Source of the DNA: Eledone cirrhosa
Taxonomy: Eukaryota
Direction of reading: 5' to 3'
DNA length: 64,000 nucleotides
Assembly (NCBI GenBank): GCA_964016885.1
Contig: OZ024751.1
Coordinates: forward strand, 6,758,001 to 6,822,000
The notes beneath the pieces are model-generated. The model saw only the letters and a program-made list of their open reading frames with translations. It ran no database searches and was not told where the DNA came from. Each line of letters opens with the position of its first letter. Position 1 is the first letter of the stretch. The translations under genes and the position numbers were made by a program. Below, one piece after another: positions 15,001-30,000 of this stretch.

Positions 15001-18000
15001 TGGTGTGATCTTGTGTGTGGTCTGGTGTGGTATAGTGTGGTGTGATGTGGTATAGTGTGGTGTGATGTGGTGTGTGGTCTGGTGTCGTACAGTATGGTGT
15101 AATGTGGTGTGTGGTCTCGTGTGGTAGAGTGTGGTATGATGTGGTGTGTGGTCTGGTGTAGTATAGTATGGTGTGATGCGGTGTGTGGTCTGGTCTGGTA
15201 GAGTGTGGTGTGATGTGGTGTGTGGTCTGGTGTGGTATAGTATGATGTGATGCGGTGTGTGGTCTGGTGTGTTGCAGTTTGGTGTGATGTAGTGTGTGGT
15301 CTGGTGTGTTATAGTATGGTGTTGTGTGGCGTGTGGTCTGGTGTGGTACAGTGTGGTGTGATGTGGTACAGTATGGTGTGACGTTGTGTGTTGTCTGGTG
15401 TCGTATAGGGAGGTGTGATGTGGTGTTTGGTCTGGCTTGGTACAGTATGGTGTGATGTAGTGTGTGGTCTGGTTGTGGTATAATGTGGTGTGATGTGGTC
15501 TGGTCTGGTGTGGTACAGTATGGTGTAATGTGGTGTGTGGTCTGGTGTGGTACAGTATGGTGTAATGTGGTGTGTGGTCTGGTGTGGTAGAGTATGATGT
15601 GATGTGGTGTGTGGTCTGGTGTGGAAGAGTATGGTGTGATCTCGTGTGTGGTCTGGTGTGGTATAGTTTGGTGTGATGTGGTATAGTGTGGTGTGATGTG
15701 GTGTGTGGTCTCGTGTCGTACAGTATGGTGTAATGTGGTGTGTGGTCTCGTGTGGTAGAGTGTGGTATGATCTGGTGTGTGGTCTGGTGTGGTATAGTAT
15801 GGTGTGATGCGGTGTGTGGTCTGGTGTGCTACAGTGTGGTGTGATGTGGTGTGTGGTCTGGTGTGGTACAGGTTGGTGTGATGTGGTGTGTGGTCTGGTG
15901 CGGTAGCGTTTGGTGTGATGTGGTGTGTGGTCTGGTGTGGTATAGTGTGGTGTGATGTGGTGTGTGGTCTGGTGTGGTATAGTATGGTGTGATGTGGTGT
16001 GTGGTATGGTGTGATGTGGTGTGTGGTCTCGTGTGGTACAGTATGGTGAATTGTGGTGTGTGGTCTGGTGCGGTAGCGTTTGGTGTGATGTGGTGTGTGG
16101 TCTGGTGTGGTATAGTGTGGTGTGATGTGGTGTGTGGTCTGGTGTGGTATAGTATGGTGTGATGTGGTGTGTGGTATGGTGTGATGTGGTGTGTGGTCTA
16201 GTGTGTTGCAGTTTGTTGTGATATGGTGTGTGGTCTGGTGTGGTATAGTATGGTGTTGCGTGGTGTGATGTGGTGTGTGGTCTGGTGTGGTATAGTATGG
16301 TGTGATTTGGTGTGTGGTCTGGTGTGGTACAGTATGGTGTGATGTGGTGTGTTGTCTGGTGTGGTGTGGTGTGTGGTCTGGTGTGGTACAGTATGGTGTG
16401 ATGTGGTGTGTGGTCTGGTGTGGTACAGTATGGTTTGATGTGGTGTTTGGTCTGGTGTGGTATAGTATGGTGTGATGTGGTGTGTGGTCTGGTGTGGTAC
16501 AGTATGGTGTGATGTGGTATGTGGTCTGGTGCGGTATAGTGTGGTGTGATGTGGTGTGTGGTATGGTGTGGTACAGTATGGTGTGTTGTGGTGTGTGGTC
16601 TGGTGTGGTACAGTATGGTGTTATGTGGCGTGTGGTCTGGTGTGGTAGTGTGTGGTGTGATGTGGTGTGTGGTCTGGTGTGGTATATTATTGTGTGATGC
16701 GGTGTGTGGTCTGGTGTGTTGCAGTTTGGTGTGATGTAGTGTGTGGTCTGGTGTGTTATAGTATGGTGTTGTGTGGCGTGTGGTCTGGTGTGGTACAGTG
16801 TGGTGTGATGTGGTACAGTATGTTTGGTCTGGCTTGGTACAGTATGGTGTGATGTAATGTGTCGTCTGGTTGTGGTATAATGTGGTGTGATGTGGTGTGT
16901 GGTATGATGCGATGTGGTTTGTGGTCGCGTGTGGCATAGTATGGTGTGATGCGGTGTGTGGTCTGGTGTGGTACAGTGTGGTGTGATGTGGTGTGTGGTC
17001 TGGTGTGGTACAGGTTGGTGTGATGTGGTGTGTGGTCTGGTGTTGTAGAGTGTGGTGTGATGTGGTGTGTGTTTCTGGTGTGGTACAGGTTGGTGTGATG
17101 TGGTGTGTGGTCTGGTGTGGTACAGTGTGGTGTGATGTGGTGTGTGTTTCTGGTGTGGTACAGGTTGGTGTGATGTGGTGTGTGGTCTGGTGTGGTACAG
17201 TATGGTGTGATGTGGTATGTGGTCTGGTGTGGTACAGTATGGTGTGATGTGGTGTGTGGTCTGGTTGTGGTATAATGTGGGGTGATATGGTCTGGTCTGG
17301 TGTGGTACAGTATGTTGTAATGTGGTGTGTGGTCTGGTGTGGTACAGTATGTTGTGATGTGGTGTGTGGTCTGGTGTTGTAGAGTATGGAGTGGTATGGT
17401 GTGTGGTCTGGTGTGGTATAGTATGGTGTGATGTGGTGTGTAGTCTGGTGTGGTACAGGTTGGTGTGATGTGGTATGTGGTCTGGTGTGTTACAGTATGT
17501 TGTGATGTTATGTGTGGTCTGGTGTGTTGCAGTTTGGTGTGATGTAGTGTGTGGTCTGGTGTGGTATAGTATGGTGTGATCTTGTGTATGGGCTGGTGTG
17601 GTATAGTGTGGTGTGATGTAGTGTGTGGTCTGGTATGGTACAGTATGGTATGATGTGGTGTGTGGTCTGGTGTGGTACAGTGTGGTGTTATGTGGCGTGT
17701 AGTCTGGTGTGGTAGGGCATGGTGTTGTGTGGCGTTTGGTCTGGTGTGGTACAATGTGGTGTGATGTGGTGGTGGTCTGGTGTGGTACAGTATGGTGTGA
17801 TGTGGTGTGTGGTCTGGTGTGGTACAGGTTGGTGTGATGTGGTGTGTGGTCTGGTGCGGTAGCGTTTGGTGTGATGTGGTGTGTGGTCTGGTGTGGTATA
17901 GTGTGGTGTGATGTGGTGTGTGGTCTGGTGTGCTATAGTATGGTGTGATGTGGTGTGTGGTATGGTGTGATGTGGTGTGTGGTCTTGTGTGGTACAGTAT

Positions 18001-21000
18001 GGTGAATTGTGGTGTGTGGTCTGGTGCGGTAGCGTTTGGTGTGATGTGGTGTGTGGTCTGGTGTGGTATAGTGTGGTGTGATGTGGTGTGTGGTCTGGTG
18101 TGGTATAGTATGGTGTGATGTGGTGTGTGGTCTAGTGTGTTGCAGTTTGGTGTGATATGGTGTGTGGTCTGGTGTGGTATAGTATGGTGTTGCGTGGTGT
18201 GATGTGGTGTGTGGTCTGGTGTGGTATAGTATGGTGTGATGTGGTGTGTGGTCTGGTGTGGTACAGTATGGTGTGATGTGGTGTGTTGTCTGGTGTGGTG
18301 TGGTGTGTGGTCTGGTGTGGTACAGTATGGTGTGATGTGGTGTGTGGTCTGGTGTGGTACAGTATGGTTTGATGTGGTGTTTGGTCTGGTGTGGTATAGT
18401 ATGGTGTGATGTGGTGTGTGGTCTGGTGTGGTACAGTATGGTGTGATGTGGTATGTGGTCTGGTGCGGTATAGTGTGGTGTGATGTGGTGTGTGGTATGG
18501 TGTGGTACAGTATGGTGTGTTGTGGTGTGTGGTCTGGTGTGGTACAGTATGGTGTTATGTGGCGTGTGGTCTGGTGTGGTAGTGTGTGGTGTGATGTGGT
18601 GTGTGGTCTGGTGTGGTATATTATTGTGTGATGCGGTGTGTGGTCTGGTGTGTTGCAGTTTGGTGTGATGTAGTGTGTGGTCTGGTGTGTTATAGTATGG
18701 TGTTGTGTGGCGTGTGGTCTGGTGTGGTACAGTGTGGTGTGATGTGGTACAGTATGTTTGGTCTGGCTTGGTACAGTATGGTGTGATGTAATGTGTCGTC
18801 TGGTTGTGGTATAATGTGGTGTGATGTGGTGTGTGGTATGATGCGATGTGGTTTGTGGTCGCGTGTGGCATAGTATGGTGTGATGCGGTGTGTGGTCTGG
18901 TGTGGTACAGTGTGGTGTGATGTGGTGTGTGGTCTGGTGTGGTACAGGTTGGTGTGATGTGGTGTGTGGTCTGGTGTTGTAGAGTGTGGTGTGATGTGGT
19001 GTGTGTTTCTGGTGTGGTACAGGTTGGTGTGATGTGGTGTGTGGTCTGGTGTGGTACAGTGTGGTGTGATGTGGTGTGTGTTTCTGGTGTGGTACAGGTT
19101 GGTGTGATGTGGTGTGTGGTCTGGTGTGGTACAGTATGGTGTGATGTGGTATGTGGTCTGGTGTGGTACAGTATGGTGTGATGTGGTGTGTGGTCTGGTT
19201 GTGGTATAATGTGGGGTGATGTGGTCTGGTCTGGTGTGGTACAGTATGTTGTAATGTGGTGTGTGGTCTGGTGTGGTACAGTATGTTGTGATGTGGTGTG
19301 TGGTCTGGTGTTGTAGAGTATGGTGTGGTGTGGTGTGTGGTCTGGTGTGGTATAGTATGGTGTGATGTGGTGTGTAGTCTGGTGTGGTACAGGTTGGTGT
19401 GATGTGGTATGTGGTCTGGTGTGTTACAGTATGTTGTGATGTTATGTGTGGTCTGGTGTGTTGCAGTTTGGTGTGATGTAGTGTGTGGTCTGGTGTGGTA
19501 TAGTATGGTGTGATCTTGTGTATGGGCTGGTGTGGTATAGTGTGGTGTGATGTAGTGTGTGGTCTGGTATGGTACAGTATGGTGTGATGTGGTGTGTGGT
19601 CTGGTGTGGTACAGTGTGGTGTTATGTGGCGTGTGGTCTGGTGTGGTAGGGCATGGTGTTGTGTGGCGTTTGGTCTGGTGTGGTACAATGTGGTGTGATG
19701 TGGTGGTGGTCTGGTGTGGTACAGTATGGTGTGATGTGGTGTGGTACAGTGTGGTGTGATGTGGTATGTGGTCTGGTGTGGTACAGTGTGGTGTTATGTG
19801 GCATGTGGTCTGGTGTGGTAGGGTACGGTGTTGTGTGGCGTGTGGTCTGGTGTGATACAGTATGGTGAGATGTGGTGTGTGGACTGGTGTGGTACAGGTT
19901 GGTGTGATGTGGTGTGTGGTCTGGTGTGGTAGAGTATGGTGTTGTGTAGTGTGTGGTCTGGTGTGGTACAGTATGCTGTGATGTGGTATGTGGTCTGGTG
20001 TGGTACAGTGTGGTGTGATGTGGTGTGTGGTCTGGTGTGGTACAGTGTGGTGTGATGTGGTGTGTGGTCTGGTGTGGTACAGCATGGTATGATGTGGCAT
20101 GTGGTCTGGTGTGGTAAAGTATGGTGTGATGTGGTGTGTGGTCTAGTGTAGTACAGTATGGTGTGATGTGGTGTGTGGTCTGGTGTGGTAGAGTATGGTG
20201 AGATGTGGTGTGTGGTCTGTTGTGATATAATATGGTGTGATGTTGTGTGTGGTCTAGTGTGGTACAGTATGGTGTGGTGTGGTGTGTGGTCTCGTTTTGT
20301 ACAGTATGGTGTGATGCGGTCTGGTCTGGTGTGGTACAGTGTGTAGTGATGTGGTGTGTGGTCTGGTGTGGTACAGTATGGTGTGATGTGGTGTGTTGTC
20401 TGGTGTGGTGTGGTGTGTGGTCTGGTGTGGTACAGTATGGTGTGATGTGGTGTGTTGTCTGGTGTGGTACAGTATGGTGTGATGTGGTGTTTGGTCTGGT
20501 GTGGTATAGTATGGTGTGATGTGGTGTGTGGTCTGGTGTGGTACAGTATGGTGTGATGTGGTATGTGGTCTGGTGCGGTATAGTGTGGTGTGATGTGGTG
20601 TGTGGAATGGTGTGGTACAGTATGGTGTGTTGTGGTGTGTGGTCTGGTGTGGTACAGTATGGTGTTATGTGGCGTGTGGTCTGGTGTGGTAGAGTGTGGT
20701 GTGATGTGGTGTGTGGTCTGGTGCGGTATAGTATGGTGTGATGCGGTGTGTGGTCTGGTGTGTTGCAGTTTGGTGTGATGTAGTGTGTGGTCTGGTGTGT
20801 TATAGTATGGTGTTGTGTGGCGTGTGGTCTGGTGTGGTACAGTGTGGTGTGATGTGGTACAGTATGGTGTGACGTTGTGTGTTGTCTGGTGTGGTATAGG
20901 GAGGTGTGATGTGGTGTTTGGTCTGGCATGGTACAGTATGGTGTGATGTAGTGTGTGGTCTGGTTGTGGTATAATATGGTGTGATGTGGTGTGTGGTATG

Positions 21001-24000
21001 GTGCGATGTGGTGTGTGTCGCGTGTGGCATAGTATGGTGTGATGCGGTGTGTGGTCTGGTGTGGTAGAGTGTGGTGTGATGTGGTGTGTTGTCTGGTGTG
21101 ATATAGTATGGTGTGATGCGGTGTGTGGTCTGGTGTGGTACAGTGTGGTGTGATGTGGTGTGTGGTACAGGTTGGTGTGATGTGGTGTGTGGTCTGGTGT
21201 TGTAGAGTATGGTATGATGTGGTGTGTGGTCTGGTGTGGTACAGTATGGTGTGATGTGGTGTGTGTTTCTGGTGTGGTACAGGTTGGTGTGATGTGGTGT
21301 GTGGTCTGGTGTGGTACAGTATAGTGTGATGTGGTATGTGGTCTGGTGTGGTACAGTGTGGTGTGATGTGGTGTGTGGTCTGGTGGGGTACAGTGTGGTG
21401 TGATGTGGTGTGTGGTCTGGTGTGGTACAGCATGGTATGATGTGGTGTGTGGTCTGGTGTGGTACAGTATGGTGCGAAGCAGTGTGTGGTCTAGTGTAGT
21501 ACAGTATGGTGTGATGTGGTGTGTGGTCTGTTGTGGTACAGTATGGTGTGATGTGGTATGTGGTCTGGTGTGGTACAGTGTGGTGTGATGTGGTGTGTGG
21601 TCTGGTTTGGTAGAGTATGGTGAGATGTGGTGTGTGGTCTGTTGTGATATAGTATGGTGTGATGTGGTGTGTGGTCTGTTGTGGTACAGTATGGTGTTTG
21701 TGTGGTGTGTGGTCTGGTTTTGTACAGTATGGTGTGATGTGGTCTGGTCTGGTGTGGTACAGTGTGTAGTGATGTGGTGTGTGGTCTGGTATGGTACAGT
21801 ATGGTGTGGTGTTGTATGTGGTCTGGTGTGGTATAGGATGGTGTGATGTGATGTGTGGTCTGGTGTGGTATATTGTGGTATAATGTGGTCTGGTCTGCTG
21901 TGGTACAGTATGGTGTGATGTGGTGTGTGGTCTGGTGTGGTACAGTATGGTGTGATGTAGTGTGTGGTCTGGTTGTGGTATAATGTGGGGTCATGTGGTC
22001 TGGTCTGGTGTGGTACAGTATGGTGTAATGTGGTGTGTGTTCTGGCGTTGAAGAGTATGGTGTGATCTTGTGTGTGGTCTGGTGTGGTATAGTGTGGTGT
22101 GATGTGGTGTGTGGGCTCGTGTGGTACAGTATGGTGTAATGTGGCGTGTGGTCTCGTGTGGTACAGTATGGTGTAATGTGGTGTGTGGTCTGGTGTGGCA
22201 TAGTGTGGTGTGATGTGGTATGTGGTATGGTGCGATGTGGTGTGTGGTCGGGTGTGGTATAGTATGGTGTGATGCGGTGTGTGGTCTGGTGTGGTAGAGT
22301 GTGGTGTGATGTGGTGTGTTGTCTGGTGTGATATAGTATGGTGTGATGCGGTGTGTGGTCTGGTGTGGTACAGTGTGGTGTGATGTGGTGTGTGGTCTGG
22401 TGTGGTACAGGTTGGTGTGATGTGGTGTGTGGTCTGGTGTTGTAGAGTATGGTATGATGTGGTGTGTGGTCTGGTGTGGTACAGTATGGTGTGATGTGGT
22501 GTGTGTTTCTGGTGTGGTACAGGTTAGTGTGATGTGGTGTGTGGTCTGGTGTTGTAGATTAATGGTGTGATGTGGTGTGTGGTCTGGTGTGGTACAGTAT
22601 GGTGTGATGTGGTGTGTTGTCTGGTGTGGTACAGTATGGTCTGATGTGGTGTGTGGTCTGGTGTGGTACAGTGTGGTGTGATGTGTTGTGTGGTCTGGTG
22701 TGGTATAGTATTGTGTGATGTGGTGTGTGGTTTGGTGTGGTATAGTGTGGTGTGAAGTGGGGTGTGGTCTGGTGTGGTACAGTATGGTGTGATGTTGTGT
22801 GTGGTCTGGTGTGTTGCAGTTTGGTTTGATGTGGTGTGTGGTCCGGTGTCGTATAATATGGTGTTGTGTGGTGTGTGGTCTGGTGTGGTGCAGTATGGTG
22901 TGATGTGGTGTGTGGTCTGGGTTGGTACAGTATGGTGTGATGTGGTGTGTGGTCTGGTGTGATGTGGTGTGTGGTCTGGTGTGGTAGAGAATGGTGTGAT
23001 GTGGTGTGTGGTCTGGTGTGGTACAGTATGGTGTGATGTGGTGTGTTGTCTGGTGTGGTACAGTATGGTCTGATGTGGTGTGTGGTCTGGTGTGGTACAG
23101 TGTGGTGTGATGTGTTGTGTGGTCTGGTGTGGTATAGTATTGTGTGATGTGGTGTGTGGTTTGGTGTGGTATAGTGTGGTGTGAAGTGGGGTGTGGTCTG
23201 GTGTGGTACAGTATGGTGTGATGTTGTGTGTGGTCTGGTGTGTTGCAGTTTGGTTTGATGTGGTGTGTGGTCCGGTGTCGTATAATATGGTGTTGTGTGG
23301 TGTGTGGTCTGGTGTGGTGCAGTATGGTGTGGTGTGGTGTGTGGTCTGGTGTTATACAGTATGGTGTGATGTGGTGTGTGATCTGGTGTGATGTGGTGTG
23401 TGGTCTGGTGTGGTAGAGAATGGTGTGATGTGGTGTGTGGTCTGGTGTGGTACAGTATGGTGTGATGTGGTGTGTTGTCTGGTGTGGTACAGTATGGTCT
23501 GATGTGGTGTGTGGTCTGGTGTGGTGCAGTATGGTGTGGTGTGGTGTGTGGTCTGGTGTGATACAGTATGGTGAGATGTGGTGTGTGGACTGGTGTGGTA
23601 CAGGTTGGTGTGATGTGGTGTGTGGTCTGGTGTGGTAGAGTATGGTGTTGTGTAGTGTGTGGTCTGGTGTGGTACAGTATGCTGTGATGTGGTGTATGGT
23701 CTGTTGTGGTACAGTATGGTGTGATGTGGTATGTGGTCTGGTGTGGTACAGTGTGGTGTGATGTGGTGTGTGGTCTGGTGTGGTACAGTGTGGTGTGATG
23801 TGGTGTGTGGTCTGGTGTGGTACAGCATGGTATGATGTGGCATGTGGTCTGGTGTGGTAAAGTATGGTGTGATGTGGTGTGTGGTCTAGTGTAGTACAGT
23901 ATGGTGTGATGTGGTGTGTGGTCTGGTGTGGTAGAGTATGGTGAGATGTGGTGTGTGGTCTGTTGTGATATAATATGGTGTGATGTTGTGTGTGGTCTAG

Positions 24001-27000
24001 TGTGGTACAGTATGGTGTGGTGTGGTGTGTGGTCTCGTTTTGTACAGTATGGTGTGATGCGGTCTGGTCTGGTGTGGTACAGTGTGTAGTGATGTGGTGT
24101 GTGGTCTGGTGTGGTACAGTATGGTGTGATGTGGTGTGTTGTCTGGTGTGGTGTGGTGTGTGGTCTGGTGTGGTACAGTATGGTGTGATGTGGTGTGTGG
24201 TCTGGTGTGGTACAGTATGGTGTGATGTGGTATGTGGTCTGGTGCGGTATAGTGTGGTGTGATGTGGTGTGTGGAATGGTGTGGTACAGTATGGTGTGTT
24301 GTGGTGTGTGGTCTGGTGTGGTACAGTATGGTGTTATGTGGTCTGGTGTGGTAGAGTGTGGTGTGATGTGGTGTGTGGTCTGGTGCGGTATAGTATGGTG
24401 TGATGCGGTGTGTGGTCTGGTGTGTTGCAGTTTGGTGTGATGTAGTGTGTGGTCTGGTGTGTTATAGTATGGTGTTGTGTGGCGTGTGGTCTGGTGTGGT
24501 ACAGTGTGGTGTGATGTGGTACAGTATGGTGTGACGTTGTGTGTTGTCTGGTGTGGTATAGGGAGGTGTGATGTGGTGTTTGGTCTGGCATGGTACAGTA
24601 TGGTGTGATGTAGTGTGTGGTCTGGTTGTGGTATAATATGGTGTGATGTGGTGTGTGGTATGGTGCGATGTGGTGTGTGTCGCGTGTGGCATAGTATGGT
24701 GTGATGCGGTGTGTGGTCTGGTGTGGTAGAGTGTGGTGTGATGTGGTGTGTTGTCTGGTGTGATATAGTATGGTGTGATGCGGTGTGTGGTCTGGTGTGG
24801 TACAGTGTGGTGTGATGTGGTGTGTGGTACAGGTTGGTGTGATGTGGTGTGTGGTCTGGTGTTGTAGAGTATGGTATGATGTGGTGTGTGGTCTGGTGTG
24901 GTACAGTATGGTGTGATGTGGTGTGTGTTTCTGGTGTGGTACAGGTTGGTGTGATGTGGTGTGTGGTCTGGTGTGGTACAGTATGGTGTGATGTGGTATG
25001 TGGTCTGGTGTGGTACAGTGTGGTGTGATGTGGTGTGTGGTCTGGTGGGGTACAGTGTGGTGTGATGTGGTGTGTGGTCTGGTGTGGTACAGCATGGTAT
25101 GATGTGGTGTGTGGTCTGGTGTGGTACAGTATGGTGCGAAGCAGTGTGTGGTCTAGTGTAGTACAGTATGGTGTGATGTGGTGTGTGGTCTGTTGTGGTA
25201 CAGTATGGTGTGATGTGGTATGTGGTCTGGTGTGGTACAGTGTGGTGTGATGTGGTGTGTGGTCTGGTTTGGTAGAGTATGGTGAGATGTGGTGTGTGGT
25301 CTGTTGTGATATAGTATGGTGTGATGTGGTGTGTGGTCTGTTGTGGTACAGTATGGTGTTTGTGTGGTGTGTGGTCTGGTTTTGTACAGTATGGTGTGAT
25401 GTGGTCTGGTCTGGTGTGGTACAGTGTGTAGTGATGTGGTGTGTGGTCTGGTATGGTACAGTATGGTGTGGTGTTGTATGTGGTCTGGTGTGGTATAGGA
25501 TGGTGTGATGTGATGTGTGGTCTGGTGTGGTATATTGTGGTATAATGTGGTCTGGTCTGCTGTGGTACAGTATGGTGTGATGTGGTGTGTGGTCTGGTGT
25601 GGTACAGTATGGTGTGATGTAGTGTGTGGTCTGGTTGTGGTATAATGTGGGGTCATGTGGTCTGGTCTGGTGTGGTACAGTATGGTGTAATGTGGTGTGT
25701 GTTCTGGCGTTGAAGAGTATGGTGTGATCTTGTGTGTGGTCTGGTGTGGTATAGTGTGGTGTGATGTGGTGTGTGGGCTCGTGTGGTACAGTATGGTGTA
25801 ATGTGGCGTGTGGTCTCGTGTGGTACAGTATGGTGTAATGTGGTGTGTGGTCTGGTGTGGCATAGTGTGGTGTGATGTGGTATGTGGTATGGTGCGATGT
25901 GGTGTGTGGTCGGGTGTGGTATAGTATGGTGTGATGCGGTGTGTGGTCTGGTGTGGTAGAGTGTGGTGTGATGTGGTGTGTTGTCTGGTGTGATATAGTA
26001 TGGTGTGATGCGGTGTGTGGTCTGGTGTGGTACAGTGTGGTGTGATGTGGTGTGTGGTCTGGTGTGGTACAGGTTGGTGTGATGTGGTGTGTGGTCTGGT
26101 GTTGTAGAGTATGGTATGATGTGGTGTGTGGTCTGGTGTGGTACAGTATGGTGTGATGTGGTGTGTGTTTCTGGTGTGGTACAGGTTAGTGTGATGTGGT
26201 GTGTGGTCTGGTGTTGTAGATTAATGGTGTGATGTGGTGTGTGGTCTGGTGTGGTACAGTATGGTGTGATGTGGTGTGTTGTCTGGTGTGGTACAGTATG
26301 GTCTGATGTGGTGTGTGGTCTGGTGTGGTACAGTGTGGTGTGATGTGTTGTGTGGTCTGGTGTGGTATAGTATTGTGTGATGTGGTGTGTGGTTTGGTGT
26401 GGTATAGTGTGGTGTGAAGTGGGGTGTGGTCTGGTGTGGTACAGTATGGTGTGATGTTGTGTGTGGTCTGGTGTGTTGCAGTTTGGTTTGATGTGGTGTG
26501 TGGTCCGGTGTCGTATAATATGGTGTTGTGTGGTGTGTGGTCTGGTGTGGTGCAGTATGGTGTGATGTGGTGTGTGGTCTGGGTTGGTACAGTATGGTGT
26601 GATGTGGTGTGTGGTCTGGTGTGATGTGGTGTGTGGTCTGGTGTGGTAGAGAATGGTGTGATGTGGTGTGTGGTCTGGTGTGGTACAGTATGGTGTGATG
26701 TGGTGTGTTGTCTGGTGTGGTACAGTATGGTCTGATGTGGTGTGTGGTCTGGTGTGGTACAGTGTGGTGTGATGTGTTGTGTGGTCTGGTGTGGTATAGT
26801 ATTGTGTGATGTGGTGTGTGGTTTGGTGTGGTATAGTGTGGTGTGAAGTGGGGTGTGGTCTGGTGTGGTACAGTATGGTGTGATGTTGTGTGTGGTCTGG
26901 TGTGTTGCAGTTTGGTTTGATGTGGTGTGTGGTCCGGTGTCGTATAATATGGTGTTGTGTGGTGTGTGGTCTGGTGTGGTGCAGTATGGTGTGGTGTGGT

Positions 27001-30000
27001 GTGTGGTCTGGTGTGATACAGTATGGTGTGATGTGGTGTGTGATCTGGTGTGATGTGGTGTGTGGTCTGGTGTGGTACAGTATGGTGTGATGTGGTGTGT
27101 GATCTGGTGTGGTACAATATGGTGTGATGTGGTGTGTGGTCTGGTACGGTATAGTATGGTGTGATCTTGTGTATGGGCTTGTGTGGTACAGTATGGTGTG
27201 ATGTGGTGTGTGGTCTGGTGTGGTACGGTATGGTGTGATGTGGTGTGTGGTATGGTATGGTACAGTGTGGTGTTATGTGGTGTGTGGTCTGGTGTGGTAC
27301 AGTGTGGTGTGATGAGGTGTGGTGTGTGGTCTGGTGTGATACAGTGTGGTGTTATGTGGCGTGTGGTCTGGTGTGATAGGGTATGGTGTTGTGAGGCGTG
27401 TGGTCTGGTGTGGTACAGTGTGATGTGATGCGGTGTGTGGTCTGGTGTGGTACAGTATGGTGTGATGTGGTGCGTGGTGTGGTGTGGTACAGTGTGGTGT
27501 GATGTGGTGTGTGGTCTGGTGTGGTACAGTGTGGTGTTATGTGGTGTGTGGTCTGGTGTGGTAGGGTATGGTGTTGTGTGGCGTGTGGTCTGGTGTGGTA
27601 CAGTATGGTGTGATGTGGTGTGTGGTCTGGTGTGGTACAGGTTGGTGTGATGTGGTGTGTGGTCTGGTGTGGTAGAGTATGGAGTGTTGTGGTGTGTGGT
27701 CTGGTGTGGTTCAGTGCGGTGTGATGTTGTCTGGTAGAGTGTGGTACAGTATGGTGTGATGTGGTGTGTGGTATGGTGTGGTACAGGTTGATGTGATGTG
27801 GTGTGTGGTCTGGTGTGGTAGAGTATGGTGTGGTGTGGTGTGTGGTCTGGTGTGGTTCAGTGCGGTGTGATGTGTTCTGGTACAATGTGGTACAGTATGG
27901 TGTGATGTGGTGTGTGGTCTGGTGTGGTACAGTATGGTGTGATGCAGTGTGTGGTCATGGTGAGGTACAGTATGGAGTGATGTGGTGTGTGGTCTGGTGT
28001 GGTTCAGTGCGGTGTGATGTGGTCTGGTACAATGTGGTACAGTATGGTGTGATGTGGTGTGTTGTCTGGTGTGGTATAGTATGGTGTGATGCAGTGTGTG
28101 GTCATGGTGAGGTACAGTATGGTGTGATGTGGTGTGTGGTCTGGTGTGGTACAGTATGGTGTGGTGTGGTGTGTGGTCTGGTGTGATGTGGTGTGTGGTC
28201 TTGTGTGGTATAGTATGGTGTGATGCAGTGTGTGGTCATGGTGAGGTACAGTATGGTGTGATGTGGTGTGTGGTCTGGTGTGGTACAGTATGGTGTGGTG
28301 TGGTGTGTGGTCTGGTGTGATGTGGTGTGTGGTCTGGTGTGGTATAGTATGGTGTGATGCAGTGTGTGGTCATGGTGAGGTACAGCATGGTGTGATGTGG
28401 TGTGTGGTCTGGTGTGGTACAGTATGGTGTGGTGTGGTGTGTGGTCTGGTGTGATGTGGTGTGTGGTCTGGTGTGGTATAATATGGTGTTGTGTGGTGTG
28501 TGGTCTGGTGTGATGTGGTGTGTGGTCTGGTGTGTTATAATATGGTGTTGTGTGGTGTGTGGTCTGGTTTGCTAGTGTGTGGTGTGATGCGGTGTGTGGT
28601 CTGGTGTGGTACAGTATGGTGTGATGTGGTGTGTGGTCTGGTGTGGTACAGTATGGTGTGATGTGGTATGTGGTCTGGTGTGGTACAGTGTGGTGTGATG
28701 TGGTGTGTGGTCTGGTGGGGTACAGTGTGGTGTGATGTGGTGTGTGGTCTGGTGTGGTACAGCATGGTATGATGTGGCGTGTGGTCCTGTGTGGTACAGT
28801 ATGGTGTGATGTGGTGTGTGGTCTGGTGTGGTACAGTATGGTGCGAAGCAGTGTGTGGTCTAGTGTAGTACAGTATGGTGTGATGTGGTGTGTGGTCTGT
28901 TGTGGTACAGTATGGTGTGATGTGGTATGTGGTCTGGTGTCGTACTGTGTGGTGTGATGTGGTGTGTGGTCTGGTGTGGTAGAGTATGGTGTGATGTGGT
29001 GTGTGGTCTTGTGTGTTATAGTATGGTGTGATGTGGTGTGTGGTCTGTTGTGGTACAGTATGGTGTTTGTGTGGTGTGTGGTCTGGTTTTGTACAGTATG
29101 GTGTGATGAGGCCTGGTCTGGTGTGGTACAGTGTGCAGTGATGTGGTGTGTGGTCTGGTGTGGTACAGTATGGTGTGCTGTTGTGTGTGGTCTGGTGTGG
29201 TATAGTATGGTGTGATGTGATGTGTGGTCTGGTGTGGTATATTGTGGTATAATGTGGTCTGGTCTGCTGCGGTACAGTATGGTGTGATGTGATGGGTGGT
29301 CTGGTGTGGTACAGTATGGTGTGATGTAGTGTGTGGTCTGGTTGAGGTATAATGTCGGGTGATGTGGTCTGGTCTGGTGTGGTACAGTATGGTGTAATGT
29401 GGTGTGTGGTCTGGTGTGGTACAGTATGTTGTGATGTGGTGTTTGGTCTGGTGTTGTAGAGTATGGTGTGGTGTGGTGTGTGGTCTGGTGTGGTATAGTA
29501 TGGTGTGATGTGGTGTGTAGTCTGGTGTGGTACAGGTTGGTGTGATGTGGTGTGTGGTCTGGTGTGTTACACTATGGTGTGATGTTGTGTGTGGTCTGGT
29601 GTGTTGCAGTTTGGTGTGATGTAGTGTGTGGTCTGGTGTGGTACGGTATGGTGTGATGTGGTGTGTGGTATGGTATGGTACAGTGTGGTGTTATGTGGTG
29701 TGTGGTCTGGTGTGGTACAGTGTGGTGTGATGTGGTGTGGTGTGTGGTCTGGTGTGGTACAGTGTGGTGTTATGTGGCGTGTGGTCTGGTGTGGTAGGGT
29801 ATGGTGTTGTGAGACGTGTGGTCTGGTGTGGTACAGTGTGGTGTGATGTGGTGCGTGGTCTGGTGTGGTACAGTGTGGTGTGATGTGGTGTGTGGTCTGG
29901 AGTGGTACAGTGTGGTGTTATGTGGTGTGTGGTCTGGTGTGGTAGGGTATGGTGTTGTGTGGCGTGTGGTCTGGTGTGGTACAGTATGGCGTGATGTGGC